Shown here one piece after another: positions 50,482 through 63,490 of a DNA stretch of 64,000 nucleotides. The translations under genes were made by a program, and so were the position numbers. A model generated the notes under the pieces. That model saw nothing but the letters and a program-made list of their open reading frames with translations. It ran no database searches and was not told the DNA's origin. The stretch spans positions 24,678,001-24,742,000 of the forward strand of contig NC_058369.1 in assembly GCF_018350175.1 (NCBI RefSeq), read 5' to 3'. How positions within the stretch are numbered: the stretch's first letter is position 1; every line of letters begins with the position of its first letter. Source of the DNA: Felis catus. Taxonomy: Eukaryota.

Positions 50482-50685
50482 CAGGATTTCTCAACCTCAG
50501 CATGATTGACATTTGAGCCCCAGTAATTCCTTGTCACAGGAAGCTGTCTTGTGCATTTGTTTAACATCCATGGCCTCTACCCATGAGATGCCAGGAGCAC
50601 CCTCGGCCCCTTGTGACAAAAATATCTCCAAACATTCCTAAATGTCCCCTGTAGGGAAAGACGATCCCTGAATGAAAACCACTGG
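50482..50685 (-). mobile_element. MER20 DNA transposon fossil
   Basis: 'caggatttctcaacctcagca...ggcctctacccatgagatgccag...aaatgtcccctg...gaaaaccactg'. Confidence 0.8.
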
Positions 50686-51643
50686 TCAAAGATATAGGAG
50701 GAAAATTAGAAGCAAATTATGTCCCAGAAGCCAAAGTAATTCACAAAGATAAATGCCTCAAAGATATTGAGTAAAATGAGGACTGAAGGGGCCAGTGTTT
50801 GGCCACTAGAAAGTCATCGGCGAACTAAAAGAGAGCAGTTTCAATGGAACAATTGAGGACAGACACCAGTCTAGCTGAATGTCCATATATGAAATACATA
50901 GTAAAAGAAATGCAAGAGTTGAAGGGTGTTTGTTGAACTAGGTGACCCTTTTAAGGTTCCTTCCAACCCTGAAATTGTGTGGTTCCAGATGACCTCCAAG
51001 GAAGATGTTTTGAGATCCCTCAAGCCCTGATCTGCTGGTGGCTGTCTTGTTTACATATAAAACCAGCCATGCCTCTGCTTGCCCTACTCATGTCACATGA
51101 AATAAAAATCCAAAGAAGCATCAATGGCTATGTGGTTTGGCCCCAGTGCATGTTGAAAATGAAAATATGTTTGTTTGTTTTTTATATCATTGCATAACCA
51201 GAAGTTAAGCAATAAAAATTTGCCAGGCAGTTACAGTTTAGAGAGAGGCTGAATTGATAAGTGAATCTGAAGGTGTCAGGTTTAAGGTTGGTCTGAGAAG
51301 AAAGGAGTGGGGTTGAGGTCACCCAGAGCCTGCTAGAAGAATTTGTGTATCATCCAACCACTCCAGATTTCATCCCAGGTTTGGCTCAGATGAGGAGAGT
51401 CTTGTCCACAGATCAGACCAGTGGGGGCTAACATGTCCTGAGAGTGCCATGGGACGCCTGCATGGTGATAGCCTACACAAATGCCAGCACTCTTCTCCAG
51501 TGTTTGAACAATCAGACTAACTTCTAAGTGAGGAAAAAAGAAATTGAAAGCAAAGATCATGTTTTCCAACTAAATCAGGTATTCCAACTAGATAATTATC
51601 CAGCTAAAGGAGAGAGGTTGTTTTTTGCTTGTTTATTTCTTTT

Positions 51644-51867
51644 CTTTTTTTTAATTTTTTTTTTCAACGTTTATTTATTTTTGGGACAGAGAGAGACAGA
51701 GCATGAACGGGGGAGGGGCAGAGAGAGAGGGAGACACAGAATCGGAAACAGGCTCCAGGCTCTGAGCCATCAGCCCAGAGCCCGACACGGGGCTCGAACT
51801 CACGGACTGCGAGATCGTGACCTGGCTGAAGTCGGACGCTTAACCAACTGCGCCACCCAGGCGCCCC
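51644..51867 (-). mobile_element. Young felid CanSINE
   Basis: Mostly CpG-intact; TSD cttgtttatttctttt (51628-51643, 51870-51885). Confidence 0.97.
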
Positions 51868-52312
51868 AACTTGTTTATTTCTTTTAAAGCTGAACTGAGA
51901 AATGAGAAACAAAAGTTTTAGTCCTAGTTTAATTACTACCAAAAGGCCACTTCCCTTCTCTGCACTCAGTTTCCACACGTGTAAAATAAGGAGTTTAAAC
52001 TGGATGCTAAATAAGATGCCTTCTGCTTCTCTAATGGAGAAGAGGGTTCATGGCATGTGTTTCCACTGTGGAGGTTCCTTTAACACTTAGAGTCATAGTA
52101 TGGCTTGTTTGATTAGATGTCCTCCCACCAGACTGTCAGTGCTTGCAGAGAAGGTGCCAAGCCTCTCTTGTATACCACTGAGTCCCTACCTACCGTGCAG
52201 TGCTTGGTAAATATCTATTGGAGGAATTAATATGAAATGCCAGCTCCAAATGCCTCTGAGAGGCAGCTCTAGGAAAAGGTGATTTGGTATAAATCTTTAA
52301 AGAGTGTTCCAA

Positions 52313-52525
52313 GGAGAGGCTGGGTGGCTCAGTACGTTAAAACGTCCAACTTATGATTTCAGCTCAGGTCATGATCTCAAAGTTTGTGAGATCTAGCCCC
52401 ACATTGGGCTCTGCACTGAGAGCAGAGTATCTCTCTCCCTGTCTCTCTGCCCCTCCCCCACTTTCTCTCCCTCTCTCAAAATAAATGAATCAACATTTAA
52501 AAAATAAAAAACAAATAAATAAAAA
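52313..52525 (+). mobile_element. CanSINE
   Basis: SINE head, CT-rich segment, A tail. Confidence 0.9.
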
Positions 52526-52573
52526 ATGAGCCAAGATCAGAACCTCTCCCTTCACTTTGCTTCTTCAAATGTG

Positions 52574-52748
52574 TTTTTTTAATGTTTATTTATTTTTAAG
52601 AGAGCATGCAAGTGGGAAAGGTGCAGAGAGAGAGGGGGACAGAAGATCTGAAGCAGGCTCCCTGATGACAGCAGAGAACTCACAAACCACGAGATCATAA
52701 CCTGAGCCAAAGTCGGATGCTCAACTGATGGAGTCACCCAGGTGTCCC
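52574..52748 (-). mobile_element. CanSINE (internally deleted)
   Basis: Reverse SINE; TSD ttcaa(a/g)tg. Confidence 0.9.
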
Positions 52749-53489
52749 ATTTTTTCAAGTGTTTATAAAAGTCCAGTAATGGTATGTAATAAGTGGCAAC
52801 ATCCTAAAATATATCCCATCCCTCTGACATGGATACCACTACCAGCTTGTCATATAACTTCTAGATAAACTAAACTTTTGGAAACTGTATTCCAAGTCAG
52901 CTATTTTGAAAGGGAAAAAAAAAATCCAATGCTACTGATCCTGTGTTTGTGTCTCTGCCCTGTCCTTAGGAGGTTAATTTGCCTTGGGACACTGAGAGGA
53001 TAAACAAGCAGACTGTGTAGTCAGAAGAACAAAAAACAAAATATCTTGAGATAAAATACTTTGTTTGTAAATTTCCCTGCAGGACAGATCACTAAGACTG
53101 AGATTTCTAGACACTAAGAACTTCTGTAAGTTCCCAGAGCCAGCCTGGGATGCTGCTTAGCCTGCCTTAAAATTTCCCTGGTTCAAGTTAGCTGGAGAAT
53201 AATTATCCAGAAGGTGTAGAAAAGAAAAAAGAGGAAGAAAGCAGAGAAAAAAAATCAAAGCCAACCAAACATTAGGGTTTATTGCAAAGCCAAAGGAACA
53301 AGTGGACCCTGCATCCTGGAAGGTACCCCATTCTCTCTCAAGTCTGGCCCTTCCCTTGGCCTGGAAACCAGAATGATAAATGAAAGGGGTAAACATTCAA
53401 ACAGGAAAAATATTGCCTAGGGAGAATTAACAAGAAGTGAGGACTAATGAGTCACAGCTGCCCAAGAAGAAAGTCTAACCTTAAATAAA

Positions 53490-53720
53490 CTCAGGCTCTG
53501 TCATCCTACAGAACTGGGTTTAAATTCCATATTTGCCACTAGCTGGCTCTAGACAAGTTCCTCAAACTCCCCGAACCTCTGCTTATTCACCTATGGAATA
53601 GAGATTGTAAGTGTCCATGTCCATGGAATTATTAAGTGGATTGAATGAGATAAGTCATATAAAGCACTTAGGCCAGGACGCAGTGCATAGCAAATGCCCA
53701 ATAAATGTTACCTATTATTT
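53490..53720 (+). mobile_element. MIR
   Basis: 'ctgggtttaaattcc...tgccactagctg...attgaatgagataa...caataaatgtta'. Confidence 0.7.
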
Positions 53721-54245
53721 TACTATAATTTTGATTCCTACGTCAAATTAGGTGACTGAGAGATACTACTGACAGACTCAGAGAAGAAGGAAGGGAGAAC
53801 TGTGGTAGGGGATAAGAAAACGATCCAAATATTGGGGAGATTTGGTCTTAGATGTTACAGGGTTTTGCTAGGAAGTTCATTAAAAGTAGTTTTCATGGAA
53901 TGATGTCAGTCAGCAAAATGGCAGAGTAGGCAGCTCCAAATGCCAGTCCCTCCGTGGAAACATCAAAAACTAAGCAGAAACTCTCAGAACCAACTTTGCC
54001 AGAACCCTGAAAAAACATAGGTTTCCAGCAATCAAGCAAACATTGAATCAAGAAAAAGGCAATTTAAAAATAGTTGGAAAGCCTTGCGTTGTTTTTATTT
54101 GCTCTTGTTCCATTCCTTTTCTGGCTCATTGTGGATTCTGAAAATGGAAGCTCATGTTCTCGGTGTGGGACCCAAGTACTTGGTTCTGGAGGAAGCAAAG
54201 CAAATCTTACTAGCAAATTATTTTGTTTGTTTCATCTTTCTTTTC

Positions 54246-54285
<40 letters not shown>

Positions 54286-55038
54286 TTCTTCTTCCTTTCC
54301 TTCCTGTTCAAGGAAATCTCTGTCAAAACACTACGTAAACAGAGACTTTGGTCAGCAGATACAAGTAATACTATCTTTGTAAAATACTTTGGAAAAGTCA
54401 GTAAACAGATGATGGCAGCTTCAACAATCGAGAGCCTGGGGAAGAGGGATAATCTGATTTCTAGAGTTACCATATTATAATATTCCAATGTTCAGCTTTC
54501 AACAAAAAAATCACAAGGCATACAAAAAACAAAACAAAACAAAACAGGGAATTATTGTCCATTCAAAGGAAAAAATAAATACATTCACAGAAACCATCCC
54601 TGGAGAAGCAGAGGTATTGGACTTAGTACACAAAAACTCCAAATCAACTAAACTTAATAGACACACACAGGACACTCCAACAATGTCAGAATATACATTC
54701 TTCTCATTGTTTTGGAACATTCTCTAGAATAAATCATGTGTTACCCCACAAAACAAGACTCAATAAATTTAAGATAAAAATCATAGAAAGTATCTTTTCT
54801 GACTTCAATGGAATGAAGATAGAAATCAAAAACAGAATGAAAACTAAAAACTCACAAATATGTAGAAATAAAACAGCATACTCTTAAATAACCAATGGAT
54901 CAAAGATGAAATAAAAATGGAAATTATAAAATATTTGAAACAAACAAAAATGAAAACACAAAATACTTATGGAATATAGTCAAGGCAGTCATCAGAAGGA
55001 TATTTATGGCAACAGATGACTCTATTAAAAGAGAAGAG

Positions 55039-55216
55039 TGGCACCTGGGTGGCTCAGTTGGTTAAGTGTCTGTCTTCGGCTCAGATCACGATCTCATGGT
55101 TCGTGGGTTCGAGCCCCACATTGCACTCTCTGCTGTTGGTGCAGAGCCCGCTTCAGTTCCTGTCTCTCCCTGTCTGCCCCTCCCCCACTCACTCTCACAA
55201 AAAGTAAATAAATTTA

Positions 55217-55246
<30 letters not shown>
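55039..55246 (+). mobile_element. CanSINE nested in L1
   Basis: SINE head, (TAAA)n tail. Confidence 0.92.
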
Positions 55247-55247
<1 letters not shown>

Positions 55248-56046
55248 GAGGAAAGATGTCAACTCAATAATCTGAATTTACATGTTAGGAAATCAGAAAA
55301 AGAAAAAAATTAAGCCTAAAGCAAGCAGAAAAGAGGAAACAATAAAGATTAGAGAAGAAAGAAATGAAATAGAGAATTAAAAAAATAGAATCAACAAAAC
55401 CAGAAGTTGGTTCTTTGAAAAGATCAACAAAACTGACAAACCTTAGCTAGATGGACAAAGACAAAAAGATGCAAGATGCAAATAACTAAATCAGAAAGAA
55501 AAATGGAGACATTGCTACTGAGCTACAGGAAACAAAGGATTATGAGACTATTCTGAACAATTATACATCAACAGACTAAATAACCTAGATGAAATAGACA
55601 AATACCTAGAAACACACAAGAAGAAATAGAAAACCTCAACAGACCTATAACATGTAAAGAGATTGAATGAATAATCAAAAACCTCCCTACCAAAAAAGAA
55701 AAATTTCAGGACCAGATGCCTTCTTGGGTGAATTCTACAATAAAACATTTAAAGAAGAATTAATATCAATCCTTCTCAAACTCTTTAAAAAGTTAGAAGA
55801 GTAAGAGACACCCCAAATCATTCCCTGAGGCCAGCATTACTCTGACACCAAAGCCAAATAAAGGAATCACAAGAACAGAAAGTTACAGGACAATATTCTT
55901 TTTGAATAAAGATTGCAAACCAAATCCAACAGCAAATTAAAAGGGTTATAACCTTATAACCAAGTGGAATTTATCCTAGGAATGCAAAAGTGGTTAACCA
56001 TAAGAAAATAAGTCAATATAGTACATCACATTAAAAGAATGAAGGA

Positions 56047-56260
56047 GGGGCGCCTGGGTGGCTCAGTCGGTTGGGCATCGGACTTCAGCTCAGGTCATGA
56101 TCTCGTGGTCTGTGAGTTCGAGCCCCGCGTCGGGCTCTGTGCTGATAGCTCAGAGCCTGGAGCCTGTTTCGGATTCTGTGTCTCCCTCTCTCTATGACCC
56201 TCCCCCGTTCATGCTCTGTGTCAGTCTCAAAAATAAATAGACGTTAAAAAAAAAGAGAGA
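56047..56260 (+). mobile_element. CanSINE nested in L1
   Basis: ggggcgcctgggtggctcagtcgg head; TSD agaatgaa(g/a)ga. Confidence 0.95.
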
Positions 56261-56357
56261 GAGAATGAAAGAAAAAAAATACATGATCATCTCAACACAG
56301 AAAAGAGAAAAATCATCTGACAAAATCTAACACTCTTGCATGATAAAAACACTCAGA

Positions 56358-56510
56358 GGGCCAACTCTTGATTTCGGCTCAGGTCATGATCTCAGGGTTG
56401 TGGGATTGAGCCCTCCATTGGGCTCTGTGCTGAGCATGGAGACTGCTTAAGATTCTCTTTCTTGCTCTCTCTGCCCCTCTCCCTCACTTGGACTCTTTCT
56501 CTCTCTAAAA

Positions 56511-56556
<46 letters not shown>

Positions 56557-56560
56557 ATAT
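56358..56560 (+). mobile_element. 5'-truncated CanSINE whose tail hosts an L1
   Basis: Starts 'ccaactcttgatttcggctcagg'; TSD taaaaacactcaga (56344-56357) / taaaacaccccaga (57746-57759). Confidence 0.85.
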
Positions 56561-56562
56561 TT

Positions 56563-57728
56563 TAATTTAATTTATTTTTTTAATATCCAAGTTAGTTAGC
56601 ATATAGTGCAACAATGATTTCAGGAGTAAATTCCTTAATGTCCTTTACCCATTTAGTGCATCCCCCCTCCCATAACCCCTCCGTAACCCTCTGTTTGTTC
56701 TCCATATTTGGTCTTATGATATTTGTCTTTCTCTGACTAGTTTTGCTTAGCATAATACCCTTTAGTTCCATCAATGTATTTGCAAATGGCAAGATTTCAT
56801 TCTTTCTGATTGCTGAGTAATACTCCATTGTATACATATACCACAACTTCTTTATCCATTTATCCATCTATGGACATTTAGGCTCTTTCCATATTTTGGC
56901 TATTGTCGATAGTGCTGTCATAAACATTGCGGTGCATGTGCCCCTTCGAAACAGCATACCTGTATTTCTTGGATAAATACCTAGGAGTGCAATTGCTGGG
57001 TTATAGGGTAGTTCCATTTTTAATTTTTTGAGGAAACTCCATACTGTTTTCCAGAGTGGTTGCACCAGTTTGCATCCCCACCAACAGTGCAAAAGAGATC
57101 CTCTTTCCCCACATCCTTGCCAACATCTGTTGTTGCCTGAGTTGTTAACGTTAGACTTTCTGATAGGTGTGAGGTGGTATCTCATTGTGGTTTTGATTTG
57201 TATTTCCCTGATGATGAGTGATGTTGAACACTTTTTCATGTGTTGGTTGGCCATCTGGATGTCTTCTTTGGAGAAGTTCCTATTCATGTCTTTTGCCCAT
57301 TACTTCACTGGATTATTTGTTTTTGGGTGTTGAGTTTGATAAGTTCTTTATAGATTTTGGGTACTAACCCTTTATCTGAAATGTCATTTGCAAAGATATT
57401 CTCCCATTCCGTCAGTTGCCTTTTAGTTTTGCTGATCATTTCCTTCGCTGTGCAGAGGCTTTTTATTTAAAAACAATTTTTTTAATGTTTTATTTATTTT
57501 TGAGACAGAGAGAAACAGAGAATGAGCAGGGGAGGGTCATAGAGAGAGGGAGACACAGAATCCGAAACAGGCTCCAGGCTCTGAGCTGTCAGCACAGAGC
57601 CCGATGCGGGGCTCGAACTCACAGACCATGAGATCATGACCTGAGCCGAAGTCAGATGCTCAACCAACTGAGCCACCCAGGCGCCCCGAGGCTTTTTATT
57701 TTGATGAGGTCCCAATAGTTCATTTTTG
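56563..57728 (-). mobile_element. 5'-truncated felid LINE-1 (ORF2 C-terminal ~1 kb)
   Basis: Minus ORFs [41 protein letters not shown]... and MDKWIKKLWYMYTMEYYSAIRKNEILPF... are the L1 ORF2 C-terminus. Confidence 0.95.
57470..57687 (-). mobile_element. CanSINE nested in the minus-strand L1
   Basis: Perfect TSD gaggctttttattt (57455-57468, 57688-57701). Confidence 0.95.
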
Positions 57729-58984
57729 TAAAATACATATATTTTTAAAACACCCCAGAAAACTAGGAATACAAGGGAAATTCCTTAACATGATAAAGGA
57801 ATTATATGAAAAAACAGCAGCTAACACCATACTCAATGATGAGAGACCAAAAGCTTTCCCCCTAAAATCAGTAACAAGACATGATGCCAGTTTCAACTAC
57901 TGCCTTTCAACATTGTACTAGAAGTTCTAGCCAGAGCAATTATACAAGAAAAAGAAATAAAAGACATTGAAATTGAAAAGAACAAGTAAAATTATCTATT
58001 CACAAATGACATGATTCTGTATATAGAAAATCCCAAGAATCCACCAAAAACTGCTTAAGCTAATAATGACTCTATTAATAATTCAGCAAAATTGTATAGG
58101 ACAAGATCAACAGGCAAGAGTCAGTTGTGTTTCTATATACCAGCAAAGAAACTGAAAAGGAAATTAAAAAAACATTACATTACAATAGCATCTAAAAGAA
58201 TAAAATAGTTAGGAATAATTTTAGTCAGGAAGTGAAAGGCTTGCATATCAAAACTACAAAACATGGCTGAAAGAAATTAAAGAAAACCCAAAGAAATGGA
58301 AACACATCCCATGTACATAGACTGGAAGACAATATCATTAAGAAGTTAATAACCCAAAGCAATCTACAATTGCAACACATTCCCCATCAAAATTTGGACA
58401 GCCATTTTTGTAGAAATGGGAAGACCTATCCTCTAACTCATACAGATTTGCAAGGGGCTCTGAACAGCCAAAACAATCTTGAGAAATTAAAAAAAAAAAA
58501 TTGGAGGATTCACATTTCCCAATTTCAAAATTTACTACAAAGCTGCAGTAATCAAAAACAGTGTGATCCTATCATAAAGATAGACATATAGACCAATGGA
58601 ATACAAATGAGAGTCCAGAAGTCCAATTGATTTTTGACAAGGGTGCTAAGTCCATTTCATGGGGAAGGAAGGGTTTCTGATAAATGGTGCCAGGACAACT
58701 GCCTTTCTACCTGCATAAGAATGAAGTTGGACCTCTACCTCACCCTATGCAGAAAAATGAATCAAAAATGATTCAAAATGAATCAACAACCTAAGTATAA
58801 GGAATACATCCATAAAATTCTTGGAAAACAATAGAGCAGTAAATAATTATGACCTTGAATTTAGCAATGGATTCTTAGCTAGGACACTAAAAGCACAAAG
58901 AAGAAAAGAAAAAATAGATAACTTGAACATCATCAAAATTAAAAACTTTTGTGCTCCAAAGGTTATTTAAAAAGTGAGAAGACA

Positions 58985-59178
58985 GGGCACCTGAGTGGCT
59001 CAGTAGGTTGATGATCCACCTCTTGATTTTGGCTTAGGTCATGATCTCACAGTGGGATCCAGCGTCACATCAGGCTCTCTGCTGAGCATGGAGCCTGCTT
59101 GAGATTCTCTTCGTCTCCCTCTGTCCCTCTGCCCCTCTCTCCTGTTCACGCTCTTTCTCTCTCTAAAATTAAAAAAAA
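58985..59178 (+). mobile_element. CanSINE nested in L1
   Basis: TSD aaaaagtgagaagaca. Confidence 0.95.
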
Positions 59179-59324
59179 AAAAAGTGAGAAGACAACCTAC
59201 AGAATGGGATAAAATACTTGCAAACCATATATTTGATAAGGGTTTAATATCCAGAATATATTTTTTAAAAAACTCTCGCAAGCTCAAAAACAAATACACG
59301 AACAATCCAATTTAAAAATGGGCA

Positions 59325-59550
59325 GGGGCACCTGGATGGCTTAGTCTATTAAGCATCTGACTCTTGATTTTGGCTCAGGTCATGATTTTGTAGTTCATGG
59401 GATTTAGCCCTGCATCAGGCTCTGCACTGATGGCAAGGAGCCTTCTTGGGATTCTCTCTCACCCTCTGTTTCTGTACCTCCCTTGTGTGCATGCTCACTC
59501 TTTCTCAAAATAAATAAATAAACATTAAAAAATAATAATAAATAAAAATA
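59325..59550 (+). mobile_element. CanSINE nested in L1
   Basis: TSD aaaaat(g/a)ggca. Confidence 0.95.
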
Positions 59551-60879
59551 AAAATAGGCAAAAGATTGGATAGACATTTCTCCAAAGAAGACCTACAAAT
59601 GACCAACAAGCATATGAAAAGATGACTAACATCAGAAGTCATTAAGTAAATGCAAATCAAAACCACAAAGAGATAGCTCTTTACACCCACTGGAATGGCT
59701 GTAATTTGTTTTTAAAAGGAAAAATAACAAAAGCTATAATTTTTTTAATGGTTGTGGAGGATATGGAGAAATTGGAATATTCATACATTGCTAATGTAAA
59801 TGTAAAATAGTACAGCCATTGTAAAACAGTTTGACAGTTCCTTAAATAGTTAAACATAGAATTATCGTATGACCATGCAATCCCACTCCTAGGTATATAC
59901 GTGAAAGCACTGAAAACAGTTATTCAAACAGGTACATACACCTACAGGTTCACAGCAGCACTATTCACAGTAGCCGTAAGGTAAAACTAGTCCAAATGTT
60001 TATCAATAAATAAAGAATAAACCAAATGTGGTATATATGTATGATGGAATATTATTCAGCCATAAAAAGGAATCCAGTACTGGCATATCCTATAACGTGA
60101 AAGGACCTCGAAAACGTTATGCTAAGTGAAAGAAGTCAGACACAGAAAGACAAAATGATTCTATTATGTGAAATATTCAGAATGGATAAATTCTTAGAGA
60201 TAGAACACAGACTGGATGGTGCTAGAAGCTGGGGGGAAGACAGCAATGAGGAGAAATTCTTTAGTGGTTAAAGGGTTTTACTACAGAGTAAAACAGAAAT
60301 GTTTTTCAACTATGTAGAAGCGGAGGTTGCACAACATTGTGACTATAATTAATGCGTTGAATTGTTTACTTTAAACTAGTTAATTTTGTATTATGTGAAT
60401 TTCACCTCAATAAACTTTTTTAAAGATAGCACCTAAACTATATTTTTCCTGCAAATGTGCTCTTTCAAAAAAAAAAAAAAAAACCACTGTATTAAACACT
60501 TATTTGAATACAAAAATTAATTCCAAATTAAATAATTCCTTCTGGAGAAAGGCCCAGAAAAAGAATATAGAGCTGTTTATAGCTTATTGTTAACTTGCAA
60601 ATGCTGCTGAATCCTTGCCATGCTTTTGCATAATGTGGTTCAGTCAAATGTTGGGTAATGAGCAGTTCATTTGGAGCCATTTTTGCAAAATATAGGATGC
60701 TATTCATGAAATGATTCTTTGAGTATTTATAGTGAAATGCCAATCTTTGTTTTTTAGTTCATGCGAAGACTCCTTTTTGAAAGCCCTAATTTGTGACTTG
60801 AGTAACTGAAGGAGCCTGAGAATGCTTCCCATTGATAACTGATCCTTTCTCCTCCTCAGATCCAGTGTTTGTAGGCCAA

Positions 60880-61292
60880 TGTCATAGTTTGCTAGGGCTG
60901 TTGTAACAGAATACCACACACTGGGTGGCTTATTTTAACAACAGAAGTTAATTTCCTCACAGGTCTGGAGGCTAGAAATCCAAGATCAAGGTTTGGCAAG
61001 TTCGGTTTCTCCTCAGGCCTCTCCCCTTGGCTTGCAGATGGTGTCTTCCCGCTATGCCCTCACGTGGTCTTTTTTCTCTGTGCATGCACGTCCCTGGTGT
61101 GCCTCTGTGTGTCCAAATTTCCTCTTCTTATAAGGACACCAGTCACGTTGGATTAGGGCCCAGCCTCACAGCCTCATTTTAACTTTTCACCTCTTTAAAA
61201 GCCCTATTTCCAAATAGAGTCACATTCTAAAGTACCAGGGTTTAGGGCCTCAGCATATAAATTTGGGGGGGGACACAGTTCAGCCCATAACA
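60880..61292 (-). mobile_element. MLT1A-like solo LTR
   Basis: 'tagtttgctagggctgttgtaacagaataccaca...cacagttcagcccataaca'. Confidence 0.85.
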
Positions 61293-61518
61293 GGCAGAAT
61301 CTAAATTGACCCAACAAATTACAAATGTTTCAGATAATAGCGCCATATTAAAGTAGATTCAATCTCACCACCAGCAAAGACGAGCAGTTTCATGTTTTTC
61401 TCCTTTTGCTTCTGTAGCCAAGAGAAAAAAAAATTCTAAATAGCATAAAGATATTTTTGCTTTCCAAGGGTCTTTTTCCTTTTCCTAGGCAAGAAAAGTT
61501 CTCAAATGAAGTAATCTC

Positions 61519-61739
61519 TCTTTTTTTTAATGTTTATTTATTTCTGAGAGAGAGAGAGAGAGACAGAGACAGAGCATGAGTGGGGGAGGGGCAGACAGAG
61601 AGGGAAACACAGAATCCAAAGCAGGCTCCAGGCTCTGAGCTGTCTGCACAGAGCCTGACATGGGACTGGAACTCACGAACCATGAGATCTTGACCTGAGC
61701 CACAGTCAGATGCTCAACTGACTGAGCCACCCAGGCCCC
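61519..61739 (-). mobile_element. CanSINE
   Basis: TSD aatgaagtaatct. Confidence 0.95.
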
Positions 61740-61974
61740 TCAATGAAGTAATCTTAATCAACTTCTAGATAATTGAAATACCCTAAGTACTTGGTGCTTT
61801 AATATTCCCATTGGGAAATACATGACTATTCTTAGCCTGATTCCCCATTTGTTAAAACAGGAATGATGCCTGTCTTGCCTATATCACTAGATAGTATTGC
61901 AAAGACATAGAAATAATATTTAACAAACAGTAGTTTTAATCTACAAAATGTAACATTAATACAAAGGAAAAGTA

Positions 61975-62181
61975 GGGGCACCTGGATGGCTCAGTCAGTT
62001 GTGTCCGACTTTGGCTCAAGTCATGATCTCACGGTTTGTGGGTTCAAGCCCTGCGTCGGGCTCTGTGCTGACAGCTCAGAGACTGGAGCCTGCTTCAGAT
62101 TGTGTCTCCATCTCTCTCTCTGATCCTCCCCTGACCATGCTCTGTCTCTCTGTCTCTCAAAAATAAACGTTAAAAAAAAAA
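61975..62181 (+). mobile_element. CanSINE
   Basis: SINE head and tail; TSD aa(t/c)acaaag. Confidence 0.93.
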
Positions 62182-62255
62182 ACACAAAGTGAAAATATTA
62201 ATAATGACATTCAGTGCAAGAAAAGGAGAGTGATGAAATTAAGAAATTTGTGATA

Positions 62256-62454
62256 GGGACACCTGGGTGGCTCAGTCAGTAAGGCGTCCAACTCTGACCT
62301 CAGATCTCACAGTTTAGGAGATCGAGCCCCATGTCAGGCTCTGTGCTGGCAGTGTGGAGCCTACTTGGGACTCTCTCTTTCCCTCTCTCTCTGCCCTTCT
62401 CCCATGCACACATGCACTCTCTCCCTCTCTCAAAATAAAACCACATTTAATAAA
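62256..62454 (+). mobile_element. CanSINE
   Basis: TSD aagaaatttgtga. Confidence 0.93.
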
Positions 62455-63246
62455 AAGAAATTTGTGACAAAACTTCTCAATTCATTTTTATGCAGCTTTA
62501 CTTTTTTGGCTAAGATTTATTTCACGAATTATTGAATGAGCTTAGAAGGAGTAATGAAATGTATGTATATGCCATTAAGCAAGCTGCTCTTTCCATTAAC
62601 TAAGAAAAGAATCTGAAGGTGGGGATTTAGGAAGGAAAGAAACTCAGCCAGATTCTAATTTCGTTTCCTTTCTATGTATGCTTTTTCTTTCTTTCTTTCT
62701 TTTTTTTTTTTTTTGACATAAATTTGTTTGAACTCAATCAGCACTCCTTTTGTGAAGGAAATGTATGAAATGAAGGGGGTTTGAGAACTGGGCCAGTGTC
62801 TATGGCAACACAACATTTTAAGGAATGGCAGTGCACATCAATCTTCCCTATCTGATGGCAAAAGAGAAGAGCTAGATGTATGTCTGGAGAAAGGTGGCAA
62901 TCAGCTTCAATTTGTCTTGTGTAAATAGAGATTCTCTTAATTTCAATGGAAGTTCAAAGCTTTTCATTTTTGTCTTTCCTGCCTACATAAATGCTCACCA
63001 AGGAAGCATTACACCTAGAGAAAATTCTCACAATTTGTAATTGCTTTATCTTTTCTCTCTTGTTAGTTACATGTTGTGAATACTGTAGGAAGGTCTCGTT
63101 GTTAACACTAATTATTTAAACCCTGATTTATTATTTAGCTTTGCAAATGTCAGTTTCCATATGTTTCTCTTTCCACACCTAACTTTGAAGATTATAGACA
63201 AGGTAAAGATACATATATCAAAATTTTTAGTTACTAAATAATTCCA

Positions 63247-63490
63247 GGGGTGCCTGGGTGGCTCAGTTGGTTAAGCATCCAACTCTTGATTTCAGCTCAG
63301 GTTGTGATCTCACAGTTGTGAGATTGAACCCCATGTTAGGCTCAGCAGTGGGTGTGGAGCCTGCCTTAGATTCCCTCTCCCTCTCTCTCTGTCCTTCCCC
63401 TGCTCTCAATGCACACACTCTCTCTCAAAAATAAAATAAAATAAAATAAAATAAAATAAAATAAAATAAAATAAAATAAAATAAAATAAA
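63247..63490 (+). mobile_element. CanSINE with (TAAAA)n tail
   Basis: SINE head; about 13 TAAAA units; TSD aaat(a)attcca. Confidence 0.95.

Larger units (their letters stand above)
53908..60422 (+). mobile_element. Old near-full-span LINE-1 relic (L1MB-like), most of ORF1 deleted, ORF2 decayed, many nested insertions
   Basis: 5' end 'aaaatggcagagtaggcagctcc'; colinear ORF2 remnants (agaatatacattcttctca; gttggttctttgaaaagatcaacaa; attcacaaatgacatgatt; tgcaaatcaaaaccac); 3' UTR ending 'atgtgaatttcacctcaataaa'. Confidence 0.9.

Noticed and set aside
57775..57784. NF-kB-like GGGAAATTCC
   Set aside because: Lies inside decayed L1 ORF2 sequence; single motif without context
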